Shown here piece by piece: positions 1 through 11,090 of a DNA stretch of 64,000 bases (position 1 is the first letter of the stretch; each line of letters begins with the position of its first letter). Both the position numbers and the translations under genes were made by a program. The DNA is taken from assembly GCF_048593235.1 (NCBI RefSeq), contig NC_133620.1, positions 23,313,123 through 23,377,122 of the forward strand, given 5' to 3'. The notes under the pieces were generated by a model. That model saw nothing but the letters and a program-made list of their open reading frames with translations. It had not been told where the DNA came from and searched no databases. The DNA is from Sminthopsis crassicaudata (Eukaryota).

Positions 1-1197
1 AAGTTTGTTCTCTTTTCCTGTGCTTCAGTTTCCTCAACTATAAAATGAGCAACTTGAATGACATGATCTCTATGGTGACTTCCGTCTCTAAATCTGTGAT
101 CCTAGATTTGTCCAAGGTCACAGGGTGATAAATATCAGAGACTTGATCTGGAGACCCTAATCCCTACCTCTCCTGGTACCAGGGCTTTAGTTTCCTGTTC
201 GTAAATTGAAGTAGACTAGTTGATCTTTTGACCTTTAAGATGCTATAATTCTGAGATTCAGGGAGATCCTATTCAGTGATTTCTGAGAACCCAGAGTCTA
301 AGATTTCAGGGTCCTCTGCCAGGAGTCTTAGTGCAGTCTCCATCCAGGGGACCCTGGGCTCAGTTGCAACATTCATGAGATGGCCGAGAGCTGATGAGAT
401 GTGGCCAGAAATAAAAACCAGCCAGGATAGTCTCTAAGCACTGGAGAGCAGAGGGGGCTCCCTCTGTAGCCAATCAGCCACAACCCGTCTTTGTTGGCAC
501 TCTCTGGGGCACCGGGAAGGAAGGATATGTTACTGTGGGGGCACGGAGGGAGCAGAATTGATCTAGAGAAGGAGAAGAGCTCCTTCCGACTGGGGCCTCA
601 TTAGGACTAAACCTGAGGGGAGGAGAAGGGAGAGCAGCTGCTTCCTATTTTTGTCCTCTTCCTTAGGAAAAAAAAAAGCATCCAATTGCTGTCCTCAAAT
701 GACGTAAGAGAGAAAAACCCCATGACAAAGGAGCACCTGGAATAAATAAGCTGAACTGTACTAGTGATTTAAGGCTTTCAAGGTGCTTTATAAATGTGAG
801 CTTCACAGTTCTGGGAATTGCTGTTATTATTATTATCCTTTGACAGATGAGGAAACTAAAGCAGAGAGAAAGTGACTTATTCATTTATTAAGTCACTTAT
901 TAAGTCAGGTCTCCCTGACTCCAAGGCTAACACACTATGTAGGGAAAAGAATAGTAGATAGGAGAGCTGGGTTCAAATCAAACAATTTCGGTTTCTTCCT
1001 AGAATTATAGAGACAGAGCTAGAAGGACCTTCAAGGTCATCTAGACTTGCCATTTTACAGATGAATCCCAGGGAGGTTATGACTTGTCCAAGATCACAAG
1101 TTAATAAGAATGAATGAAAAAAGCACCATGTGACAAACACTGTGCTAAGCCCTAGGGATACTAATAGAAAAAGAGTCTCTGATCTGAAGAAACTGTG

Positions 1198-2050
1198 ATT
1201 CTGGAGAGCAACATGGAACTGTGGCAAAAGAGCTCTCAAATTGTACAAACCTTATGATCTAGCCAAGTCTCTACTGAGTCTGCATCCTAAAGAGATCATA
1301 AAAAAGGGAAAAGAACCCACATGTGCAAAAATGTTGGTGGCAGTCCTTTTTGTAGTGGCAAGGAAGTGGAAACTGAGTGGATGCCCATTAGCTGGGGAAT
1401 GGCCGAATAAGTTATGGTATATGAATGTTATGGAATATTATTGTTCTGTAAGAAATGACCAGCAGGATGAATACAGAAAAGCTTGGAAAGACTTATGTGA
1501 ACTGGTGCTGAGTGAAATGAGCAGAATCAGGAGATCATTGTCCACGACTATAAGAAGATTATATGATCAGTTCTGATGGACGTGACTTTTCAACAATGAG
1601 ATGATTCAGACCAGTTCCAATGATCTTGTGATGGAGAAACCCATCTGCACCCAGAGAGAGAACTATGGGAACAAAGTGTCTATCACAACGGAGCATTTTC
1701 ATTTTGTTGTTGTTTGCTTGCATTTTGTTTCCTTTCTCATTTTTTCCTTTTTGATCTGATTTTTCTTGTGCGGCACGATAATTGTGGAAATATGCATAGA
1801 GAAATTGTACATGTTTAACATATACTGGATCACTTGACATCTAAGGAAGGGTGGGGGGCATAAGGTATGGAGAAAAAAAATGGAACACAAGGTTTTGCAA
1901 GGATGAATGTTGAAAATTATCTATGTTTTAAAAATAAAAAGCTTTAATTAAAAAAAACAAAAACAAAACTTTTTTTTAAAAAACTCAGCAAAAAACAAAA
2001 CGAAACAAAACAAAAAACAAAAAACCCAACCAAAAAAACAAATAAAAACC
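1198..2050 (+). mobile_element. 5'-truncated LINE-1 (ORF2 C-terminus, 3' UTR, A-rich tail)
   Basis: ORF 1241-1576 reads as marsupial L1 ORF2 end (HPKEIIKKGKEPTCAKM...WPNKLWYMNVMEYYCSVRNDQQDEYRKAWKDL), followed by L1 3' UTR, AATAAA and an A-rich tail 1945-2050. Confidence 0.9.
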
Positions 2051-2439
2051 GAAGAAGTTCACACTCTACTTGGGGAGATAGCATGCAAAAGAAAGTTCAG
2101 CTCCAGAGTAAATAGAAAGGCCCGGGAGTTTCAAGAGCGTAGTTGAAAATAGTTCCATAGTCTTTAGCTTGGATGACAGTAGGATTTAGAGGGCGCAGAA
2201 GCGAGGTAGTTGGTAAACTCTACCACCTCATTGGAAGGAATGGAGCTGGTGACTCCATATAAGCCAAGTGGTGGAAGCAGTAAAGCTGTCTGGAGGAGTT
2301 TTGGATACACTGGGGTTTGGACTCCATAGTCACTGTGTCCATTTGTATGATGGGAAGAATAATATTGAACTATTTACTTTGCAAGATTCCTGTGTAAGAG
2401 GAATAGTTTGTAATGAGAAACACTCTAGAATAAGAGGGT

Positions 2440-2960
2440 CAAAAGGCCCATAAAGGCTGGGATAAAATGAAATTTAATCATCGCAAATGCTGACATTGGG
2501 TCCCCAAACCCCAATGTCACAAGGGCTGGCTAAGCAATTGTGATTTTCCCAAAGATACACAATGGTTCTGAAAAAGATCTGTGTTTTTGTGGACTGCAAG
2601 ACTGCTAAAAGTTACCATGTGACATGGAACTCCCCAAAACTAACCCTGACCTCAGCTGCATCAAGAGAAACATGGGGTCTAGCCTGAAGATGGTTGCTGG
2701 CCCTGCTTTGGCCAGCCCAAGTCCGGCATGCTAAATTCAGTTCTGAGGAAATAAATTTAGGAAGAACTCTGAAAATCTGGAGAGAATTCAGAGGAAGCCA
2801 ATCAGGATGGCGAGAGGACTGGAGAGCATAACATAGTGGAGGGACCCACGCAGGGATCTGGGGTGTCTAAACCCATACCCCTCTCGGAGGTAGGGAAGGG
2901 AGTAGACACCTAACTGTGATCCATCTCTTGTTCTCAAGGTGGAAGCTCAGTCTCGTAATC
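2440..2960 (+). mobile_element. Decayed CR1/L3 LINE, RT 3' region
   Basis: L3-like strings such as aaatgaaatttaat, ttctgaaaaagatctg and ctggagagaattcagaggaagccaatcaggatgg. Boundaries approximate. Confidence 0.6.
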
Positions 2961-3779
2961 TCTCTTTGGGGAAGGGAAGATCTATGTGTTTACCTTACCC
3001 GGGTACACACTTTTTAAACAGAATAGGGGGAAGACAATGTCCGAGGGGAAGGCGTGAGCAGCAGAGACACATGTATTAGTCCTGGTTCTGCCAAGATACT
3101 CTGTGTAGTTTGTCCAGCTTACCTCATCTTTTTGGGCCTCAGGTTCCTGAGCTGTAAAATTGAATGAATGCTTTGGATCAGTACTTTCTAAGGTCCCTTC
3201 CAAATCTAAGATGGGATTGTTTCTATCTGTCCTTTATTGGACTGAATTCTATGGTTCTAACAATTCAAGCTTTTAAAGGTTTGTGATTTTCTGGGACTCC
3301 TGGGATTGGTGCCTAGTGGTCAGGGCTCTGGGCAATGCAGCTTGTAGCTAGAATGCTGGATCACCATTGGAAGAACTGGGTGTAGATCCTGCCTTCAAAC
3401 TAACTAATTGTGTGCCAGTGGGCAAATTGTGCAGCTTCTTTGCTCCTTAATCTCCTCATCTGTGAAATGGGGATAATAATGTAGTAGCCTTTTCACTGTC
3501 TTGTTTTGGAACTGAAATGGAAGCAAAAGGTTGTGTAAATTATAGCACACTCTAATGATGCTGGTGGCTGTGATGTTGTGTTGTTAGTTGGGACTAGATG
3601 GACAGCTACCTGCTGGATGGGCTGTAGGAGGAACTCCTTTTGATCCTGAATGGGGACCGGAGAGACCCCTTACAATGCAATGGTTCTGGACAGCGCAATC
3701 TCATCTTGGGATCAGACAGGATGGTCTCCCAGCTGGGGAAGCCCACGGGAGACTAGAGACACATGGACGAACAGGGAAT

Positions 3780-3785
3780 TTTATT
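3780..3785 (-). terminator. Probable SHISAL2A poly(A) signal AATAAA
   Basis: First minus-strand AATAAA I found after the stop, about 135 nt downstream, followed by a U/GU-rich stretch (TTCCCTGTTCGTCCATGTGTCT). Confidence 0.6.
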
Positions 3786-3919
3786 GGAATCACAGTGGCC
3801 AGGAGTGGGGTCGGGGTATCTGGCCATCAGAGGCCATGACCCAGCAGCAGACTTTGGGTTAGATCGGCAGTGTTGAGGCTATGGGGTGAGAGAGGGGATG
3901 TAGCCCTCCTGAACAGGAC

Positions 3920-4107
3920 TCAGGGGAGGCCCTGGACGTCTGTGGTAGTCACTGTAGCAATGAAGCACCTCTGAAAGAGGCGGTCAGGGTCTGCAGCCTG
4001 TGGGTCACAGTCTAGCCGGGGGCTCAAGAAGTGCCTTCGGAGGCTGTTGGGCCCCATGGCTCCCACACCACTCCGGCTGGACTCTTCCAAAGGTGGGGGT
4101 TCTGCAT
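3920..4107 (-). CDS. SHISAL2A: SHISAL2A coding exon 3 (188 nt incl. TGA), cytoplasmic tail
   Basis: Acceptor TGTGTTTTTCAG|AT; (D)AEPPPLEESSRSGVGAMGPNSLRRHFLSPRLDCDPQAADPDRLFQRCFIATVTTTDVQGLP*. It carries the family CF(I/M)ATVT motif. Total CDS 182+140+188=510 nt, 169 aa. Confidence 0.93.
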
Positions 4108-4232
4108 CTGAAAAACACAGCAAACCACACGCCGAGGTTACCCAGTGGGGCAGGGCTCCATCCGTGTGATCTTGTGGGATCTCGGGACCAGAGTAGAGTG
4201 TTCTGAACCGGTCCACCATGGGACCCAGGAAC

Positions 4233-4786
4233 TGTGGGGAGTAAAATGATCCCACCTACACTAAGAGAGACTGAGGCAGAGGTCCGAGCCAATGGCACTT
4301 TATTAAAGCGTCCGTGGTCCCTCTGATGCAGTGGACCCCAGATCTTCCTTATGATCTGAGTCGCCTCCTCCTTCTGGGCCCCTATTTTTATAGAGAGAGA
4401 TATCCAGTCATGTTGGAATAGCCATAGCAAATACAGAATAATTCCGTGGAATAAGCAGGATAATGTCAGCAGGGCCACCAGCTAGGTGAAGCGAGGAATA
4501 TCTCCACACAAGATGGACAAGCTTCTCTTTAATTGGGGTAGGAGGAGACAATGCAAACTACCACAGTCAATGCCCTCAGTGGGCCTCAATTAGTTACCTG
4601 CTCCTGATAACCAAGCCATCGATTGGGAGACACAGAAATATTTTGGAGAACTTTCCGTGGAGCCGGGCTCTCCGCCATGCTGGATTTGGTCACCATCACC
4701 AGTTAAAATAAGGGTGGGAGGCCTTTGGTTATCTTCCTGGAGTTAAGCAAGTGAACTTAGAATCTGTAGCTCACAGTTTTATCACA
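4233..4786 (-). mobile_element. Solo LTR, probably ERV1 (gamma-like), in SHISAL2A intron 2
   Basis: Minus strand starts TGTGAT and ends CCCCACA. 4-bp direct repeat GAAC on both flanks (4229-4232 and 4787-4790). TATAAAA at 4392-4386, AATAAA at 4304-4299, CCAAT at 4536-4532 and 4626-4622. Confidence 0.8.
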
Positions 4787-5293
4787 GAACTTTGATATGA
4801 TTCTATCAAACTGATTAATACCGATTGTAACTAGAGTTGGGGTTCAAAATCAGTTATTTCTCTCAGAATTGTCTTTGGTCTTCATAATTTCCAGACTTCC
4901 CAGTCCGGGTGCTACTTCCACCCCCCACTCCCCAACCTGCACAGCTGGAGTTGTACTTCCACATCTGGAAATGGGATTCAAAGGTAGCTCTCCAAGTCTA
5001 GTGCTCTCTTCCCATCAGGCTACCTTTCAATTCTCCTTTAGTTCCCAAACCCTCGATTTTCCCTCTGCACAGCCTGTTCCCAAATAATTCTTTCTCACAC
5101 TGACATAACTGGGCTTTTTCTTCATCCATCTTTTTCTATGGGTTTGAAGCATCTTTCAGCTCAGGAGAAAGGCTGTGTACCAATCGAGCGATTATTCAAT
5201 CAACCATCAGGCACCATAATGTACCAGGCCCAGTGCCCAGCACTGGGTATACAAAGCCCCAAATGAAACAATTCCTTCTCACAAGGATCTTAT

Positions 5294-5295
<2 letters not shown>

Positions 5296-5344
<49 letters not shown>
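5296..5344. repeat. (TG)24 microsatellite
   Basis: Perfect TG run. Confidence 0.97.
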
Positions 5345-5346
<2 letters not shown>

Positions 5347-5754
5347 CAACACAACGTATCTCCATGCAACATGACTGATCAGAGCCTCTGATCTGCTAGA
5401 AACGGGCTACTTCTTGTGGTGCTGGACATGTGTGCTTTGGCTCCATGGGGGTGGACATAGCAAATAAATGCCAAAAAATACAGGGTAATTTGAAGAGGGA
5501 GAGAGAGGGTCAGCTGCTGCTTGTGGCCCTTTGCTTTTCAAACAAGCCCAGGGATTTGTCTTTGGCCCTGTGACTTTTTACCAAAGATCTGGATGAAGGC
5601 AGAGATGGTTTGCTTATTAAAATTTCAGATTACACAGAACTGGGAAGGGAAAGCTTACATATTACTGACAGAATAATGATCCCCAAAGATATGGAATTGT
5701 GGTTCAAATAAATTAGATGAAATTTAAAGATAACTATAGAGAGTTCAAGCTATA

Positions 5755-5987
5755 TGTTGAATTGTTTTTCAATCGTGTCTGACTCTTTGTGACCTTTTTT
5801 TTGAAATTTTCTACACAGAGATACTGGGCTGATTTTCCATTTCCTTCTCCAGCTCATTTTTCAGATGAGGAAACTGAGGCAAACAACGTTAAATGACTTG
5901 CCTAATCTATGAATGTCTGAGGCTGGATTTGAACTCAGGAAGAGGAATTTTTCCTGCCTCCAAGCCTAATACTCTATCTGCCCCTCA
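5755..5987 (-). mobile_element. MAR1-type marsupial CORE-SINE
   Basis: CORE segment (cagatgaggaaactgaggc...gatttgaactcagg) plus RTE-derived tail (cgtgtctgactctttgtgacc). Similar copies near 11173-11381 (+), 15700-15930 (+) and 36020-36215 (+). Confidence 0.75.
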
Positions 5988-6640
5988 AACTGTACACTTT
6001 GATTTAAAAAAAAAAATCAATGACATAAGTATATATAATATGGCACATCATGTAAAAAAGATCTGGAGGTTTTCAAGGGCCACAAGCACAACAGGAGCCA
6101 GTTGGGTGCTATGGTAGCTAAAAGAGCTCCTAAGATCTCGGATCCAGTGACAGGGTAGTGGCAGTCCCTCCCTGCTTTGCACTGCTCTGGCCCCAGCAGA
6201 GTTTTCTGTTGAGTTCTGGACATCCCATTTTAGAAAGGTCATTGACAATCTGGAGTTGATCAAGAGGAGGATGTGAAAGGATTGTGATCATCATCGTAGA
6301 AGGGGAGACAAGCAGGGAGAACAGGAACAAAGGCTACAGGTTTACACAAACACAGTGTGGTGCGGAGTCCCCCTGAATTAGTCTCAGGACCCTGGACAGA
6401 GCACTCCTGTGAAATGACTGGGACAGCCCATTTTAAAGTTCATTCCACTTTGAAATCTACAATCCCAGCAACCTCTTTGGGCTTCGGGTTCCTCCTCTGA
6501 AAAATCTAGTAGTTAGTTTAGATCAGAGTTTTTCAACATTTCATCTTTTTACTGACCTGCCTCCCCACACCCCCAACAGTCAGTCTAGTTTCTCAGAACT
6601 GGGAGAGTTCCCAGGATGTTCTGCAGGGACATGTTTCCTA

Positions 6641-7027
<387 letters not shown>

Positions 7028-7091
7028 TTAACCTCCACTCCTCCTCCCTGCCTGTCCCCATCCTTACCTCAACCCCTTGATTTCCAGGAGA

Positions 7092-7238
7092 TTTTTTTTT
7101 TTTTTTTTTTGCTGAGGCAATTGAGGTTAAGTGACTTGCCCAGGGTCACAGCCAGGAAGTGTCTGAGGCAAGATTTGAACTCAGGTCCTCCTGACTTCAG
7201 GACTGGTGCTCCATCCACTGCACTACCTAGCTGTCCCC
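7092..7238 (-). mobile_element. Full-length WSINE1-type tRNA-derived SINE with poly(A) tail
   Basis: Minus strand GGGGACAGCTAGGTAGTGCAGTGGATGGAGCACC...CCTCAATTGCCTCAGC(A)19. Near-identical flanks AGGAG(A/G)TTTT form the TSD. Confidence 0.9.
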
Positions 7239-7909
7239 AGGAGGTTTTCTTTTTTTCCTAGCTTATTAAGACTGATTTACTAACTGAACAATTGACCCTG
7301 GGCAATTACTTTCATCTTCTGAGCTTCAGTTTCTTAAGCTGCCCTGGGCTAGAAAAATGACTCTTCCATTGGGTCTGGTGCATTTTCTAGATCAGTGTGG
7401 AGAAGGGAGAGTGGGAGACTGGGAGCGATGGTTTCATCTTCCTCCACCAACTTGACTCTGCTTCAGGACCTCCCCATCTGTAAAATAATCTTCATGCTAT
7501 TAAATATGAGCACACAGGAAGTTTGCACCCAAAGTCCCAAGGTTCCCTCAGAGTCCCCAAAGTCCAGTATGACTGTGCATCCTTGAAGAATTATGAGGAA
7601 AGCCTTCAAGGGCTAAATTAAAAGGGGGAGATGTCCTTCCATTCCTGGCTATGTGATCTGGGTAGCTTCCTTGGGAAGTCCCCTTTAAGCCACATGGGTC
7701 CATGGCAGTGACCCTGGGTTCCTAAAGTCTCTGACAGTGGAACTCAATCTCTAGCAGCTCTAATCAGCTGACTAGGGTTCAGATGCAAGCCTGGAAACAG
7801 ATCTGAGTGTCTGTCTTCTAAGGAAGGGCAGAGACTAGCCGCCAGAAGATAGATGGATGGTTTTTTTTCAGCATCTAGAAGATTTCAGGGGGCATGGATG
7901 GAACACTCC

Positions 7910-8209
7910 CGTAATGTCCGGGCTAGCTTTCGCAAGGATCTCACTGGAGTCTGGAGTCTGCGCTCTAGCACACTCTCACTTGAGTTTCTCTTGAGTCTGC
8001 TTATTTCAAGTCCTCTCAGCCCTTAAATACCCTAACACAATTACATCTCTACAGCACACTGAGCATGTGCCAACTGTAGAACCATGACATCACCATGCTG
8101 AGTACTATGTATATGTGAACACCAGTCACACTGAGTTAACTCCCTGCTGTAAGTATCCTTGCTTTAGGTATACTTCTCCAGAGTTCCCCAATATCTGCGG
8201 TCCTCTACA
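7910..8209 (-). mobile_element. Solo LTR, probably ERVK (beta-like), in SHISAL2A intron 1
   Basis: Minus strand starts TGTAGAGG and ends GGACATTACG (terminal CA mutated). 6-bp TSD CACTCC at 7904-7909 and 8210-8215. TATA-like TATTTAA 8029-8023; degenerate AATAAG 8005-8000. Confidence 0.8.
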
Positions 8210-9245
8210 CACTCCCACCAGGGAAATTCTTGCTCCTTGAAGTCTGACAACAGGCAAGCTTCTTTGTACTTTAGTTTTCCCATTCATGAACCGGAGATAA
8301 GACCGACCTGCCCTATTCATTATGCTAACAACAAATCAATGGATCAATAAACATTTATCAAGTGCCTACCATGTGCCAGCACTGTGCCAAGTGGTAGGGA
8401 TACAAAAAGAGCCTAACCCAGTCCCGATCTCTGCTCTTAAGGAGCTCTTGGCCACCCTCCCTCCCCTGGCCATTTATCCAAGCAAGGTGAGTCACTTCAT
8501 TTTGTCCCAGAATGGGGCCAAGATTATCAAAAAATTAAGGCAACATCCCCATTTCTTCTCTCCCTCCCAGCCCAGCCATCAGGACCACATTTCCTAGCAA
8601 TGAAGGGCATCCACCACAATCTTCCCTTCTCCTTCCCCTTTTCTCCCCACGAGATTGGAAGTCTGGGACAGTTGGGATGCTACCCGCTTCTCACTTCTGA
8701 AAAGCATCTTGGCCAAAAAGAGTGGAGCTCCCTCCATCTGGAGGTGCTGAGTGCTCATTCATTCATTCAGCCAGCCCCTAGCTTGGTTCCCTACACCTGA
8801 TTGGTGCTGATTGAAAGAAACTGGGGAGAGTGTTGCCTGGAAGTTGGAGCTGCATCTCCAGCCCTGCCCATTTCACTGTTTTGTGACTTTGGGCAAAACC
8901 CTCTAAGGTTTAGTTTCCTTGTCTGACAGATAAAGATGATCCTATCTCCATTATCCACTTCAGAGGCTTGTGAGGAAGAACGAGGGGAGTAATGGAAGCA
9001 AATGACTCCTTCCTGAAGTGCCATAATGGATGGCAGCTCTTTTGATGGCCTGGAGAAGGATGACTACAGATCAGCTCCTCTGCTGGCCACTTAAAGCTTT
9101 TCACACCTGACCCTATCCTACTTTTCCAGCCTTAGGTCACCTTACTCTCCTCCTTGCTGTTCTTCCCATCTAGCTCTTCTCCATGTCTGGCATTCACTTT
9201 CTCATCATCTCAGAATTCCTAATTTCCTTCAACGCTCATTCAAAC

Positions 9246-9472
9246 CCAGGAGTCGGAGTTGTATTCCCAAGAGCTGATTGTTAAATTTTCAGGGTGAAAT
9301 CAACAAACACTGCAAATCGGGACTTGATTTATTGTTTTGTTGATCATCTAGACTCAAAGAAAGTGACGGGAAAATGTTAATAATGCAAATTAAACTTAAA
9401 AGTGTGCGGTGTACACATTTCCCTCCCTGACCCCAAGAGCTGGTTGTTAAACACATCCCAATATACCACTGG
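9246..9472. mobile_element. MER63-like hAT (Blackjack) non-autonomous DNA transposon
   Basis: gagctgattgttaaattttcag...gggacttgatttattgttttgttgat...gagctggttgttaaaca...ccactgg resembles the MER63 ends and core as I recall them. Confidence 0.7.
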
Positions 9473-10884
9473 ATAAAGTCCTCCCTGATCTCCCCAACTG
9501 CTGGCACTCTTCCCCAAGTCACTTGTATCCATTTTGAATAGACATGCTCACTACTAAACTCCTCCCCAAACCTCCCTTTATAGAAGATACAAATTAGACT
9601 CCCAGCTCACTACACTCTTCTTCTGCAATTGTACTTGCTCGCTCGCAACTCTATAGAACAAGATGCCCCCACATTAGACAAGATGATCTGGTACTTCTGG
9701 CTTCCTTCTGGCTTTCACAGTTAGATTTTAAGACCACTGAAGGCAAGGCGCCTTTTCTTTTTCTTATCTAGATGCCTAATTCTTAGCACAGTGCCTGGCA
9801 CATAGTAGGTACTTAGTAAATATTTATTGAAGGGACTGTCTCACTTGTCTTTGTATTTCTAGTACCTGGCAGCCAGTAGGTGCATAATTAGTGCTTGTTG
9901 ATTGCTGGGTAGATTTGGACTCAGAAGACCTGCTTTAAATCTCAGTTTTTGCTATTTTTTGAGGGGGTAGGTTGGCTCAGGGATCAATTTTCTCTTCTAT
10001 ACTGTGAAGGGATTTTCAGGTCCCTTCCAGCTTTAAATCCCTTGATTCTATGGTTCCTGGAATGTGGTAGTCAGACATCGAACTCTATGGGTAGAGTGGC
10101 TTGGATGTGGGAGGGGAAGGAAAGGGGGATGTTGAAAAGAGGGGGGAAAGCCCACTTGATTGGAGGAGGGAGGGCAGGCCCAAAGAGAACTTGGTCTGCT
10201 CATTCTCCTTCATAGTTCTGGCCTCTCTCCTGGAACCAAAGGTGGACAGGTTGCACACTGGGAGTTGTTATCAGAATCCTTGATGATAACCTGGGACTGA
10301 CTGCCTGTGGAACGCAGCAGTCTTTCTCCCTGGATGCAGATTGTTACAGTCTCAGAGAAGAAAGAACATGAACCTTTTCCAAGAAACCTTTCTCCATCAG
10401 CCCCACCTGCCTCTGCTGCTCGTGCCCTCCTGGCCAAAACCACCTTGGATTTATTCTGACTGGATTTATCGATACTTTCCTGTGCACATGTCAACTCCCT
10501 GATGTAAGCTCCTGGAGGGCAGACAATATTTTACTAAATAAATGAAGGCTGATTGAGAAAGAACCAAGTAACTTGACCTAATGGATTGCTTTGAAGATTT
10601 GGAAACTCTATTCCCTGGGAAAATAGATTCTGGTTGTGATTATGATTGTTGTATGGACTTTGATTTGAGAAAAAAATCATAGAATATTTAAAACCTTAAA
10701 GGCCATTGATTCCAGCCCTGTCATTTGCGAGATGGGGAAACTGGGGTGCACAGAAAAGCAGGGTTTGATTCAGAGAGTTTTCTTGTGGGCTTCCCTCTTA
10801 CTTAAATCAGCTACTGACCAAGATTTGGATATGCCTTCATCTATAAGGCCATAAGTAAGTTCCAATTGCAATAAAAAGGATTTC

Positions 10885-11090
10885 AGCTAGAGATAAGGAA
10901 GACTTTCATTTTGGAGAAAAATAGCATGAGATATTTAACATGTATGGGACTAACTGCCATCTGGGGGAGGGGGCGGGGAAGGAGGGGAAAATTTGGAACA
11001 GAAGTTTTTGCAGGGGTCAGTGTTGAAAAATTACCCATGCGTTTGTTTTGTAAATAAAAAAGATATTTAAAAAAAAAAAAGAAAGAAAGA
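10885..11090 (+). mobile_element. LINE-1 extreme 3' stub with poly(A)
   Basis: tttaacatgtatgggactaactgccatct...gttgaaaaattacccatgc...gtaaataaaaa followed by an A-run. A similar stub lies on the minus strand at 32535-32622. Confidence 0.8.

Noticed and set aside
4005-4478. 157-aa ORF crossing the LTR and exon 3
   Set aside because: It is out of frame with exon 3, has no known similarity, and is a by-product of LTR sequence.
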